Positions 8,912 through 19,311 are shown, counted from the stretch's first letter. The stretch: DNA of 64,000 nucleotides from Candidatus Bathyarchaeia archaeon (GCA_049512075.1 JBEKXL010000002.1:96001-160000); one strand, 5' to 3'. Numbers and translations: made by a program. The notes: generated by a model not told the origin, from the letters alone.

Positions 8912-10567
8912 TGTTATCTCGTAGATAACCCCCAGCATACGCTATGCAGTAACCTAAAGTAGAAAGAACAGCATAATGTTTGGTGGATTTTGCAGAAGTC
9001 TGAAAACTATGGGAACGTGCACTTCGGTGACCTCGACTAAATTCATTGTACTATCCGTTTGCTTGCTGATGCTGACATTGAATATTGAAATCTCTGCAAC
9101 AATCGAAACCAGCTATGCCGCGCCTAACGAAAATGTGAACGTCACTGACATGGGATTTGGAATAAACTATCTCTCGACCCACTATCACTACGAAACTCAT
9201 TACCTCTTGAATGAAACGATTGAAAGAGATTTTGAACTGTTCAATAGCCATGGCCTTAAATATGTCAACTTGGTTGCTGTTTGGAAATATTTGGAACCGA
9301 GCCTTGGCTATTACAACTATACGGCACTCAACGATCTAAAAAGAGTGTGTAACTATGCCTTACAGTATGGTCTTTCAGTTATCATAGATTTTCACACGAG
9401 TGTGAAGAAAACCAGTGATGGCTACTGGACCATGCCAGATTGGCTTTCTCCCCGCTGCTTTGAAACCGTGTTTAATAATGCTACTGCAAGGGGGGCATGG
9501 CTGGATTTCCTTGGAAATTGCACTGCTTACCTAGACAGTGAAGAAAGCATATACAGTTGGCACATGATGAATGAACCAGCGATAGGGGATTGGGCGTGCA
9601 ATGTTACAGTTGATGAATTTGTTGAACTCTGGGCTGAAATGAAAAATACGATTCGGGCGCAATCGGCAAAACCGATTTCAATAAGATTTGGAGCGAAAGC
9701 CATAAGCGATGATTTTGGACTTGACCCGAGAATATACGATTTGTGCGATTACGTGTCTTTGAACTGGTATGAAGAAAATTGTAGCCGCTATATCCTCGAA
9801 GAAAACGTTAGGAACATCTCTCAGCATAAGCCAGTGATGATCAGCGAATTCGGATACAAGACAGACGACGACCAGCTTCAGGCAATTGCATACAGCGACT
9901 ATATTCATTTGTTCAGGTCTTTAGGCATCAAAGACTGCATTGCCTGGTACTGGAGAGCAGACAACGATAGGGGAGACGACCCTCCTCAAGCAGGCAAAGG
10001 GTATAATTTGGCAAAAAACCTTCAGGGGGAACCTAGGCCCGCATTCCTTCTGATGGAGAATGTCCCCCCAGAAATCAACAATGTATCTCAGAGCCGTTCT
10101 GCAGATAACGTCGGGCCTAATCGTGAAGTCAGAGTTAATGCGTCAGTCACAGATGCGTCCGGCGTAGGATCGGTGGTTCTGAATTATACAGTCAACGGCA
10201 CCGTGCAAATTTCTATTAACATGACAAGCATTGAACAAGACAGCTGGAATTGCGCTATCCCTGCCTTTTCGTGTGGTACGAATGTTTCCTATGTGATAGT
10301 TGCACATGACAAGGCTGGCAACGTTGCTACATCAGAAGAATATCGGTATGAAGTGGGACTCTTGCTTGCCATTTTAGCAAACGCTTATGGTTCACACTGC
10401 GCCAACTACCATTACCAAGAAGAACCAGCCTCGCCAAATTGGAACCCCAACGCGGACCTGAACAATGATGGCATAGTGCGCCTTCAAGATCTTGTCCTTC
10501 TGGCTGTACGATACAGGCAAGACGACCCCTAACCCCTTATCGCGCTTTGATGTTATCACGTAGATAA
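8912..10567. repeat. 17-bp near-palindromic direct repeats flanking the glycoside hydrolase gene
   Basis: TGTTATCTCGTAGATAA (8912-8928) and TGTTATCACGTAGATAA (10551-10567), 16/17 identical. Confidence 0.7.
8976..10532 (+). CDS. Secreted clan GH-A (GH5/GH42-like) glycoside hydrolase with C-terminal dockerin-like motif
   Basis: IIDFH, MNEP acid/base, ISEFG nucleophile; C-term NWNPNADLNNDGIVRLQDL EF-hand-like repeat (first half of the dockerin appears missing). Confidence 0.8.
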   Translation: MFGGFCRSLKTMGTCTSVTSTKFIVLSVCLLMLTLNIEISATIETSYAAPNENVNVTDMGFGINYLSTHYHYETHYLLNETIERDFELFNSHGLKYVNLVAVWKYLEPSLGYYNYTALNDLKRVCNYALQYGLSVIIDFHTSVKKTSDGYWTMPDWLSPRCFETVFNNATARGAWLDFLGNCTAYLDSEESIYSWHMMNEPAIGDWACNVTVDEFVELWAEMKNTIRAQSAKPISIRFGAKAISDDFGLDPRIYDLCDYVSLNWYEENCSRYILEENVRNISQHKPVMISEFGYKTDDDQLQAIAYSDYIHLFRSLGIKDCIAWYWRADNDRGDDPPQAGKGYNLAKNLQGEPRPAFLLMENVPPEINNVSQSRSADNVGPNREVRVNASVTDASGVGSVVLNYTVNGTVQISINMTSIEQDSWNCAIPAFSCGTNVSYVIVAHDKAGNVATSEEYRYEVGLLLAILANAYGSHCANYHYQEEPASPNWNPNADLNNDGIVRLQDLVLLAVRYRQDDP

Positions 10568-10581
10568 TCTAAAGGTTATGA

Positions 10582-11388
10582 TCAAGTGTCTCCTCTATAT
10601 ACATCTGGCTCTGTATATCTTTTGCCCGCATCAGGTGGAATATAGTTTCTGCTTCTGCTACTGCCACTGCCGGAATGCTTTAGATTTTCTTGTCTGGCTT
10701 GCTCTATTTGACGTTTCTCCATTATACGTCTTGGAAGGCAATTCTTGCGGAAATTGCGATAAGTCTGAAGACAAACTTCTTTTGGAATCTTCTCTCTGTT
10801 GCAGCACCATTGTTCTCCTGAAAAAGCATGATATTTGCATTTTGGAGCATCTGGATCCTGTGGAAGCTCCTCTTTATTCTCTGGTTTGAGAAGGTTGTTC
10901 ATCTCTTTTGCATGGAAATACCAGTTCCAAAAGGTGATAAACTGCTCTTTTTGATTTCCTCCATCAAAAGTCTTCAGCTCTTTTTCAAGCTGTGTCATAA
11001 GCTTTGACGGAATCCAAACTTCGAAAAGTCGATTCTTCTTTTTGAAATCAGACACAGGATCGTCAGTATTAGTATTGTGTAAGAGTTCAAGTCCTTTTCC
11101 CAGGCATCGAAAAGCTAGAAAAGAGCTTCTTTTCGGAGGTTCGGAACATCGCTCATCCTCCTTTTTGGCTTTGGAGCTTGATTCAGCAGCGTAAAAAGCA
11201 TGGGAAAAATCGAAAAGCTCAAAATGAGGAAAAACGTCGTGCACATCGAGCAGATTTTGTTCCTTTTTGGGAATGGAGCATAATGCTCTTCGAAAAACTG
11301 TGAGAAAACAGTCAGTTGAAAACCTTGATAACTTTGTTATAATAAAAAACAAGGAATAGTCCATCCGATTTCCAGAAATTCGACTCAT
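10582..11388 (-). CDS. Hypothetical protein with Cys-rich C-terminal half; true start probably near 11000-11050
   Basis: CKYH..WCC..C..C segment; the N-terminal ~120 codons look like intergenic sequence. Confidence 0.4.
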   Translation of the reverse strand: MSRISGNRMDYSLFFIITKLSRFSTDCFLTVFRRALCSIPKKEQNLLDVHDVFPHFELFDFSHAFYAAESSSKAKKEDERCSEPPKRSSFLAFRCLGKGLELLHNTNTDDPVSDFKKKNRLFEVWIPSKLMTQLEKELKTFDGGNQKEQFITFWNWYFHAKEMNNLLKPENKEELPQDPDAPKCKYHAFSGEQWCCNREKIPKEVCLQTYRNFRKNCLPRRIMEKRQIEQARQENLKHSGSGSSRSRNYIPPDAGKRYTEPDVYRGDT

Positions 11389-11664
11389 TCCTTAGAGAAC
11401 TGGTTTTTGTGGACAACTGCAAAAAAGGGCCAGAAAACACCATCAGTTATATTGTCTTTTTGAAAATTCTCGAAAAAGCTGACTGTTACGTCATTGTTAC
11501 GCCGAAATGTTACAAAAGCATGGTATTCTCCGTATATTCCATGTTTGCGCGCGCTTGAACTTCTTTAGCGCTGCGCGCGTACTGTTCGCATGGAACTGGT
11601 TAACCCGCGACAGACGCTGGCAAAACGTGTTTGTTCTTCATAAAAGAAGGGGAGAAAGGAGGGC

Positions 11665-13644
11665 CTAGCTGAGGCTGATCTCCTTGAGGAGGGACAGGTC
11701 GGCTAGGCTGTTTAGCTCTATCTTTCCTTGTGAAACCGTGTAGAGTACGTCGCCAATGTACAGTGCCCTGTTCACGATGAGTGTGCTCGGGGGCATTCCT
11801 GCCGTCTCTGCGTGAGTGATGTTGCCTTTCAGCACGAGTCCGTCGGAGAGTGTGATGTTGTAGACGTACACGCCTTGCCACATTTGCGTGCCGTAAGCGC
11901 CGTCCGGTATTCCTTTGGGATACAGGCTCGTGGGATACTGGCTTGGGTCTATTTCTGCGACTGTAACGGGGATCACGAGCAGGTCCATTTGTTTGTCGAA
12001 CAAGAGCGCCTTGTGATCGTAGAGGACGGGTGAGTCTGAGCCTCTGTCGCCGATTGTGACACTCGACATCTGCACTGGGTTGCTGACGTTTGAGACATCG
12101 AATATGGAGATTTTGATGCCTTGGTACCAAGCGAAGTATCCGCTTTCCGCTTCAACAGTCTCTTTGCCGACGCCGATCAGGTGGTTCTCGTCGTAGGGTT
12201 GCAGATAGTCCGAGTAGCCCGAAACTGTCAAGTTGCCAAGAACCGTGGGTGAAGTTGGATCTTTGAGGTCGACAACGAACAGCGGGTCAGTCATCTGGAA
12301 GGTCACGAGATAGCATCTGTCTCCAGTGAACCTTGCTGAGTGGAAGTTCTCTCCCAATGAGATGTTTTCAAGTCTTCCGACGATAGTGAGGTTCATGTTC
12401 AACACGTACACGTTGGTGCTTTGCATGTTCGAGATTATGGGTGTGCCTAGTGGCTTGGTGATGTTGACGTTTTGGGCTTCTTGGGTCCATGTAGTTGTTG
12501 CTATTCTGAAGTAGTCGCCGTATTCATCCATTGAAAACTGGTTCAGCACTTGTCCGGGCACTTCTCCCTGCGCCACTGCTGTCAGGTTGTTGTTATGCAC
12601 TTGGACGCGGCATATTGTTGTTTCTTCGGTCGTGTTGGGGAAGGTCACGTACATGTTGCTGAGTGAGACGTACATGTTGCTGGCTTGGCCCATCATGATT
12701 GTCATGGTTGTGGGCTCTTCTGAAGCGTCCTGCACGTTCAGAGCGACGAAAGTCGAGTATGCCAGGTAAGCGTCGGAAACGTTCGAGTAGTAGATTGCCG
12801 TGGCCGGGATTTCCTTGGCGTTCTCGTTTGAGTAGATCGTTGGATGGATGACCGTGTCGTTCAGAAGATAGGCTGGCGTGGTTGTCACAAGGTAGACGTA
12901 ATCTCCTATCATCCGCGAGTCCAAGTAATCAGCCGTCATCGTGAAATTCCTCAAAAGACTAGGGTTAGCCCTGTTAGAAACGTCGTAAACCCTCACGTAA
13001 GTCTGTGTCTGACTCACATACATGTTGTACGTGCCCTGGGAAAACGCCGTTAGCAAGGGTAGGCTGTAGTTCGAGCCGACAACAGCCAATCTCTCACCGC
13101 TGACAAAGATTCCAGCCGGAGCAAAGTCATCACATTCTATTCTTGAGACCACTCCTGCACTCGGCAGAGAAGCGTTCACGATGAAAACAGTGTTTCCCGA
13201 GACCGTGTAGATGTATTCTCCGTCAGTCTTCACAGTATCCAGTTCATCAACCCCCGCAACTTGGACGTTTGTAGTCGAGTAAGAAGATATGGCGAGGTTT
13301 TGACCGGTCGTAGGCGCGGAGGCAGGTTGAATTATATCGAGAGGTGAGAGGATGGCGGGCGAGGCCGAGAATACCCAAACGTTTGTGCTGTTTGAGGCGC
13401 TCGGGATCCATGTGTTTAACACGCCGGACGATCCCAAGATTGGGACGTACTGGTTCCGATTTGCGTTAGATTCTAGGAAGCTCTTGAGGTCGGCTTCTGA
13501 TGAGAAGGTTTTAAGGGTTGAAGCCGACGTCAGAGGGATTTCAGGTACGAAACCAAGGTTGTAACAGAGTACTCCGAGAATCACGGCGAGAAGAACCGCG
13601 ATGACACCGTAGGTTCGAGCTTTCTTCTTGATTTCCTTTTGCAT
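11665..13644 (-). CDS. Membrane-anchored beta-propeller domain protein (COG4880-like)
   Basis: YSTTNVQVAGVDELDTVKTDG, LNQFSMDE, DPLFVVDL, GYSDYL motifs; N-terminal TM. Confidence 0.85.
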   Translation of the reverse strand: MQKEIKKKARTYGVIAVLLAVILGVLCYNLGFVPEIPLTSASTLKTFSSEADLKSFLESNANRNQYVPILGSSGVLNTWIPSASNSTNVWVFSASPAILSPLDIIQPASAPTTGQNLAISSYSTTNVQVAGVDELDTVKTDGEYIYTVSGNTVFIVNASLPSAGVVSRIECDDFAPAGIFVSGERLAVVGSNYSLPLLTAFSQGTYNMYVSQTQTYVRVYDVSNRANPSLLRNFTMTADYLDSRMIGDYVYLVTTTPAYLLNDTVIHPTIYSNENAKEIPATAIYYSNVSDAYLAYSTFVALNVQDASEEPTTMTIMMGQASNMYVSLSNMYVTFPNTTEETTICRVQVHNNNLTAVAQGEVPGQVLNQFSMDEYGDYFRIATTTWTQEAQNVNITKPLGTPIISNMQSTNVYVLNMNLTIVGRLENISLGENFHSARFTGDRCYLVTFQMTDPLFVVDLKDPTSPTVLGNLTVSGYSDYLQPYDENHLIGVGKETVEAESGYFAWYQGIKISIFDVSNVSNPVQMSSVTIGDRGSDSPVLYDHKALLFDKQMDLLVIPVTVAEIDPSQYPTSLYPKGIPDGAYGTQMWQGVYVYNITLSDGLVLKGNITHAETAGMPPSTLIVNRALYIGDVLYTVSQGKIELNSLADLSLLKEISLS

Positions 13645-13716
13645 CTTGAATCGCCACCACAATGCTATGTCTTCATTGGATTTTATCCTAAGCCTTAGTA
13701 CATCGTGTTCCAGAAG

Positions 13717-14163
13717 CTAGTACGGTTTCAGAGACCATATGCGGAGGGCTTCAAACCAGAAGATTGACGTTACAATGGCTCCGAACGTGAGGATGAACAG
13801 GTTTTCACGCGTGAACCCCTGCATCAACACGAACACGTAGAAAAGATAGAAGGAGGTTGAGAAGAGCGCGTAGAAAAAGTACCTCGGAAACAAGAGCCTC
13901 CCCAGCTTGACAAAATGGCGAAGCACTCCAATCTTGACTTCGCTGGTTAACGAATAATTGCCGCCGACCTCCTCCTTCTTGACCAATCCCAACTGCCGAA
14001 GCTGTTCAAGATGATGTTGCGCCACGCTCGGGCTGCTGAAACGCAGCGTTTTCTGAACTTCACGAACGCTCATAGCGCGACCATTCCTGAGAAGAAGCCA
14101 GTACACGTTCCAATCCTTTCCACGAAGCGCGTACTCAAAGACAGCGTCATCTTCAGCGTTCAA
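13717..14163 (-). CDS. Membrane-tethered HTH transcriptional regulator
   Basis: SVREVQKTLRFSSPSVAQHHLEQL HTH followed by two TM helices. Confidence 0.8.
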   Translation of the reverse strand: MNAEDDAVFEYALRGKDWNVYWLLLRNGRAMSVREVQKTLRFSSPSVAQHHLEQLRQLGLVKKEEVGGNYSLTSEVKIGVLRHFVKLGRLLFPRYFFYALFSTSFYLFYVFVLMQGFTRENLFILTFGAIVTSIFWFEALRIWSLKPY

Positions 14164-14220
14164 AGAACAACATGCCTCTCCACCATAGTACCTACCCAGT
14201 GTTGCTTATAATTCCAGTTA

Positions 14221-14545
14221 TTAGAACGGTAGACGGAGAGTATCTGCAATTGCTCTTTCGACGTCTTTTGCGGCTTTGTTTCCGTCTATTATTCTCCAGT
14301 TGCCTGTCGACACCAAAGAAAGGGTTTTTCTCCTGACCCGTTTAAGGTTCTCCAAGCTTTCGAACACTTCCATCGTGCTGCTCGTTCGTAGTATTCTTCT
14401 ATCCGCTTCTGGACGTACGTCGAATAAGAACATGTAACCTGATGCTGGAACGATGGAGGCGAGAAGTCGTAGCCAATCTTGTACAACGGTGACGGCAGAT
14501 AGGCGGTCTCGAGCGGGTATCGAACAAAAATCATGTTGTCGTATC
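14221..14545 (-). pseudogene. Frameshifted C-terminal remnant of a thymidylate-kinase-like gene
   Basis: IFVRY..TAYLPSPLYKIGYDF in one frame continues as ASIVPASGYMFLFDVRPEADRRI..IIDGNK in another; no P-loop N-terminus. Confidence 0.5.
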
Positions 14546-14549
14546 TTCT

Positions 14550-15127
14550 CTAAGGAAGGTTTCCAATCATTATGTGCATAAACTTCGCGCTCCACCACGT
14601 AAGACAATTCCCACACGCCCCCCAAATTTTGGCAGCATCAAGCCGCCATCTCACGTCGCCCTCCACCAGAAACCTCTCGCCAACGAAACACCACACAGCC
14701 CCAACCTCGACCCTCAACACCCAACCCATCCTGCACCGCCAACGGAACAAACAGGAGATTTGAACGCCGCTTCCGTCCTGGGCCTTGAACGTTGCAGGCT
14801 CGACGAATCGCAACAACCGACAAATGCCTTTCCATTACTTTCCAGTACTAAAAATACCTTTTCTCGCCTTTCCCAGCCTTTTCAGGACGCGGTCCAAGCT
14901 TAACCCAAGGCCCACGGTTGGAAAGAAACCTAAAACAGGCTTTTCAAAATCAAGTTGCACCGCGGATTTACAACGAGACTTCTGGCCGTCCACGCTAGAG
15001 AGCGTGCGCTCTTCCGTGAAACATGAAGCGTCTTATCCATCTCTCCTGACACAACGATTAAGGCCAGCACGCAGGCGTAGCTGAAAAACATTAGGAGAAC
15101 GTTTGAAAAGACATCTTCAAAAAGCAA
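14550..15127 (-). pseudogene. Split and truncated polyprenol/phytol kinase (SEC59/DGK1/VTE5-like) N-terminus
   Basis: ..LHVSRKSA (15127-15006) rejoins KFMHIMIGNLP (14586-14553) once the 419-bp insert is removed. Confidence 0.6.
14593..15011. mobile_element. 419-bp insertion with duplicated GCGCTC
   Basis: GCGCTC at 14587-14592 and 15006-15011; removal restores the reading frame; hairpin CACGCT-AGAG-AGCGTG at the right end. Confidence 0.6.
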
Positions 15128-15131
15128 CGTT

Positions 15132-15983
15132 TCACCTCACAGCGCCGACGATGAACGCTACCAGTCCGATAATAAACCACAGAAGCACGTTTTTCTTGAT
15201 CTTTCTAGCGTTTTCCCTTGAATAATCCTTGAGGAGCATGAAGGATGACGCTGCAAGTCCAATATCAGTTATGAGCACTAGGGGAATGAACCAGAAGGAT
15301 ACAAGGTTAAGAAGCCAAGGTATCGGACTCAGCAATACGGCAAGGACGTAGAATGAAGCGGCTGCTATTGCGGCTCTCTTTTCTCCGTAGCGCACAGCCA
15401 TGGTTTTAACGTTCGCAGCCATGTCTCCTTTCACATCAACTATCCCCTTGGTTATCTCTCTTCCAGTGTTTGAAAGAAAAGCCATGGAAGCAAAAAGCAG
15501 AACATTCACTCTGACCTCAGCCATGATCGCTATACTTCCGTAAATGAAGGGTATTGCCACACATATGCTGACGAGAAAGTTACCTGGCAGGCCGATTCTC
15601 TTTCCAACGGTCGTGTAGCCGGCGAAGACCATCCAAGCGACTATGGCGGTGATGAGGCAGTACGGATTTGTCAAGTACGCTGCGACGAAACTTAGAATTG
15701 AAAGGATTGCGGCAAACATCAGGGCATTTCTGGGTTTAATTAGACCGCTCGGGATGGGACGTTTCGGTTCATTTACAGCATCGATCTGCCGGTCGTAGTA
15801 ATCGTTTATCGTCATTGAGGCAGCGGTCAGCATGAAGCCGGTGAGAAAGCCATAAGCAAGGCCTTGCCAAGAACTTTCAACATTAGTCGGGTTGGCAAGC
15901 GTTGCTCCAACGATGACAGCGACTCCTATCATTATACAGTTCACCGGACGGATTAAGCGTGCGTAGCCGCCAAGTTTGCTCAT
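15132..15983 (-). CDS. UbiA-family prenyltransferase (digeranylgeranylglyceryl phosphate synthase)
   Basis: NDYYDRQIDAVNEPKRPIPSG and REITKGIVDVKGD motifs; multi-TM. Confidence 0.9.
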   Translation of the reverse strand: MSKLGGYARLIRPVNCIMIGVAVIVGATLANPTNVESSWQGLAYGFLTGFMLTAASMTINDYYDRQIDAVNEPKRPIPSGLIKPRNALMFAAILSILSFVAAYLTNPYCLITAIVAWMVFAGYTTVGKRIGLPGNFLVSICVAIPFIYGSIAIMAEVRVNVLLFASMAFLSNTGREITKGIVDVKGDMAANVKTMAVRYGEKRAAIAAASFYVLAVLLSPIPWLLNLVSFWFIPLVLITDIGLAASSFMLLKDYSRENARKIKKNVLLWFIIGLVAFIVGAVR

Positions 15984-16111
15984 AATCGTTCAGACCTTGC
16001 CTCGATTCTTAAGGTTTTCAGCAGAGTGGGTTTATAAAATTCGCGGATGAATTCGAAAGTTTAATACGTTTCACGTGAATAATCCATTGAAAGCTTGTTG
16101 GTGATGACATC

Positions 16112-17383
16112 TTGAGCAGCAACTATTCGTTGGACAGGTTGAGAGTCATAATTCCAGTCGGGGGAAAAGCCACTCGCCTCCTACCGCTTACGGCGGAGAC
16201 CAGCAAGGCGTGCCTGCGACTGTTGAACAGGCCAATGATAGATTTTTCGTTGTTACCCCTTGCACGCCAAGGCATTAAGAACTTCATTTTCGGTGTTAAG
16301 GGCTACACTAACTACAGGGATTTGCATGATTATTTTGAGTCGGGCTACGGGTTTTCTGCTAGGTATGGCATAACACCGCGAGTTCACATAAAGTATCAAC
16401 CAAACGTGGACGATTTTGGAAGCGCAAGCTCTGCCATGATAAACATGGAATACTACGATGTCCAGGATCCGGTTTTCGCAGTTCAAGGCGACAACATTTT
16501 TGATGTCGACGTGAAGAAACTCGTGAAGTTTCACGAAAAAAAGGGCGCCCTCATGACCATAGCGTTGAGGAGAGTCGAAAACGTCGAAGGCTACGGAATA
16601 GCTGACATAAACAAGGAAATGAGGATTTCCAGGTTTGTTGAAAAACCCACGCCCAAGGAGGCTCCCTCAGACCTTGCCAACACCGGTCTGTACATGTTTT
16701 CTCCCGAAATAAGGAAGATATTCAAAGAAAAAGGAGTCACGCAGCTAATCAAAGAGAGACATCGCTTAGACTTCGGCTATGATTTCATTCCCTACTTGAT
16801 AAGCACTGGCAGACCAGTTTACGGCTTCGCCTTGGAGGGAAGCTGGTACGATGTGGGAACACCTCGACGTTATTTGGAAGCCATGCATGACATGCTGGAC
16901 GGACGCTTTTCGTCACTGACCGATTTCGGTGGAAGAATCGATGAGGGAAAACGGATATGGGTCCAGGGAGAAAGCACGGAGTCGATGAAGAGAAGGAGGG
17001 AAATCCTCCGGAAAATCAAGCAGAAGAAAATAGAGATTGAAGGATCTGTCCTCATCGGAAGACACTGCAAGATAGCAGACGGAGTGAGAATAGTCAACTC
17101 GTGCATTGACAACTACACGCAAGTTGGCAAGAACGTGGAAATAGAAAACTCCGCAGTCATGGACAGGGTCATAGTGGGCGACAATGCTGAGGTGAAAGAG
17201 AGCATCATAGGACGACACGTAACCGTCCAATCAACCTCGAAAAAACCCACAAAAATAGATTCAACCACGGTCATAGCCGACGACGTGGTAATAGCTGAAG
17301 GCTGCATGCTGGAAGGGACGAAAATCTATCCACATCAATACGTAAGAGGAGAGTTCACAAACCAAACACTGATGCCCGGCTAA
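16112..17383 (+). CDS. NDP-sugar pyrophosphorylase (nucleotidyltransferase + left-handed beta-helix)
   Basis: GGKATRLLPLT, FVEKP, WYDVGTP, hexapeptide repeats. Confidence 0.9.
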   Translation: MSSNYSLDRLRVIIPVGGKATRLLPLTAETSKACLRLLNRPMIDFSLLPLARQGIKNFIFGVKGYTNYRDLHDYFESGYGFSARYGITPRVHIKYQPNVDDFGSASSAMINMEYYDVQDPVFAVQGDNIFDVDVKKLVKFHEKKGALMTIALRRVENVEGYGIADINKEMRISRFVEKPTPKEAPSDLANTGLYMFSPEIRKIFKEKGVTQLIKERHRLDFGYDFIPYLISTGRPVYGFALEGSWYDVGTPRRYLEAMHDMLDGRFSSLTDFGGRIDEGKRIWVQGESTESMKRRREILRKIKQKKIEIEGSVLIGRHCKIADGVRIVNSCIDNYTQVGKNVEIENSAVMDRVIVGDNAEVKESIIGRHVTVQSTSKKPTKIDSTTVIADDVVIAEGCMLEGTKIYPHQYVRGEFTNQTLMPG

Positions 17384-17480
17384 ATCCAATCAACGTGCCA
17401 TATCAATCTTGTACGGGACCGCCAACGTTTAAATCTGTTTTTCCAGATTAAGACAACATTCTCAACGGTGAAGATCCAAC

Positions 17481-17951
17481 ATGCCTGTCAACTTGATGGA
17501 AATCAGGACGAGAACGGTTTCGGCAAACGATTACCTCAGCAATTTGGAAGAGCCTTTCAATGAGAAATTTTTGACGAGGAAACAAACATATCAGCTTAAT
17601 CGAGAAGCAATCAGTCAACTCAGAGCATTTGCGGGTAAATACGTGATCATTGCTTTTTCAGCAGGATGGTGCACGGACTGCGCAGTAAACGTTCCAGTTT
17701 TGGCCTTGATAAATGAGGCCGCAGGACTGGAGGTCAGAGTCTTTGGGGGTCTGAAGAAAGATCCGCTGGGTCAAGGACACAAATGGCGAATCCCACCTTC
17801 GCCGCAGGAAGTGGAAACATTCAACGTTGAAAAGATTCCGCTAATCATACTAGCTGACACAGATGGGAGAGAAATAGGCAGAATAGTTGAAAACCCCTCG
17901 CACCAACCTACTCTAGAACAAGAAATCAGCGAAATCATCAAGTCCAAGTAA
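17481..17951 (+). CDS. Thioredoxin-family protein
   Basis: WCTDC active site; EIGRIVENP. Confidence 0.85.
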   Translation: MPVNLMEIRTRTVSANDYLSNLEEPFNEKFLTRKQTYQLNREAISQLRAFAGKYVIIAFSAGWCTDCAVNVPVLALINEAAGLEVRVFGGLKKDPLGQGHKWRIPPSPQEVETFNVEKIPLIILADTDGREIGRIVENPSHQPTLEQEISEIIKSK

Positions 17952-17993
17952 TAGTCGCGCTCTGCAACTCTTTACACTGTTATGATTGCGTGT

Positions 17994-18551
17994 TCAGGCT
18001 TTGAACCATTTGAAGATCAAATATTTTATCTTGTCCTTCTCTAGGCCGGGTACTGCTATGATGAATCTTTTTCGAACGGTGGTTGCTAGTCTTCCAGCTT
18101 TGACAATTTCTGTGGCCGTCATCTCAGAGTCGGCCAGTTTCACAGAGACCATGTAAGGGGCGTGTTCTACGCCTGGTCCGTGTTTGTAGACTGCGAAGTC
18201 GCATCCGAACTTTATTCCGGGTGTTACGACGAGGCCGTTGTCGCGAAGGTCACGATAGACAGAGTATTTTTCTTCAAACTCATCGTACAGTTGCTTGGCC
18301 ATCTGGCGGAGTTTTTTGAGGCTTACCTTCTTTTTTGCGGTTCCTTCATACACGGTTATGTTTTCTTTTTCGACAAGGTACAGGCCTTCCATCAGATCCA
18401 GAATGAGGGGAACGGTGAATTCTGGGATTTTGGGTTTGGCGATTCCAAGGGGTTTTCCGTAGAAACCTTTCTTGTAAAGTTCCGAGCCTTCTTCTGGGTT
18501 CCAAACCACCAGGAAGTTTTCGATTAGCTCCACGCCGATCTTCTTGCGCAC
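17994..18551 (-). CDS. endA: tRNA-splicing endonuclease, catalytic subunit
   Basis: VYRDLR..GIKFGCDFAVY..GPGVEHA..RLATTVRK with the Y/H/K triad. Confidence 0.93.
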   Translation of the reverse strand: MRKKIGVELIENFLVVWNPEEGSELYKKGFYGKPLGIAKPKIPEFTVPLILDLMEGLYLVEKENITVYEGTAKKKVSLKKLRQMAKQLYDEFEEKYSVYRDLRDNGLVVTPGIKFGCDFAVYKHGPGVEHAPYMVSVKLADSEMTATEIVKAGRLATTVRKRFIIAVPGLEKDKIKYLIFKWFKA

Positions 18552-18566
18552 CGTCTTTCTCGCCCT

Positions 18567-19226
18567 TTACATCATAAACGAGAGAATTCGCGCTGCGTCG
18601 GAAGCGTCTTCTGCTTTGTCCGCTGAGTCCTCCAGCAACTGCAAAACATCTCTCAGCAGGATCAATGCGGGGAAGTCCACTTTGCTGCCGAGGAGTTTTA
18701 TCTCGAGGTCCCGGTAGAGCGCGTCAACGTTTTGTTCGGCAATCTCTACGTCTCTGGCCTTTTCCATGGTCTTGGTTGAGCCGTAGTTGAGTGCCATTGC
18801 CATCTCTCTGAGCTTGAGCACCGTTTCGAAAACAGCCTCTGAAAGCTTCAGCAAATCCTTCTTTATGTCCATCGGCACGTTCCAGTTGTGCTGCATGATC
18901 TCGACAAGTCGGAAGGCTATGCCTTCGGAAAAATCTGCGATTTCACTGGTCAAGTTCGTGAACCTTAGGAAATCCTCTCTGCTGAGCAGGATTGCTCCTA
19001 TTTCGGCGAGTTCCTGTGAAACCAATCGCCTTGCCTTGTCCACTTCAGCTTCGCCACCTGTGACTTCGTTGAAAAGCTGTGTTGCCCTGTCCTTGTCGTT
19101 CTTCATGAAGTAATCTATCATCTGAGGGACTTTTCTGGTCAGGTCTAAGACCTTCCGTAGGTGGTCTTGGCAAACGTTTAAGGCTCTGCGCTTCACGCGT
19201 TCTTCAGTTTCTGCTGGAAGTACCAA
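18567..19226 (-). CDS. DUF47/PhoU-like phosphate transport regulator
   Basis: E.EVD..R, REDF, SADKAEDASD helical repeats. Confidence 0.8.
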   Translation of the reverse strand: MVLPAETEERVKRRALNVCQDHLRKVLDLTRKVPQMIDYFMKNDKDRATQLFNEVTGGEAEVDKARRLVSQELAEIGAILLSREDFLRFTNLTSEIADFSEGIAFRLVEIMQHNWNVPMDIKKDLLKLSEAVFETVLKLREMAMALNYGSTKTMEKARDVEIAEQNVDALYRDLEIKLLGSKVDFPALILLRDVLQLLEDSADKAEDASDAARILSFMM

Positions 19227-19311
19227 TGGTTTTTCCCGCCCGCAAAAAGGGCCGTTTTTCCCTGACTTTAGATATGCCTAATTGTTAAAAAAGGTAACGA
19301 AAGCTTCGCGT

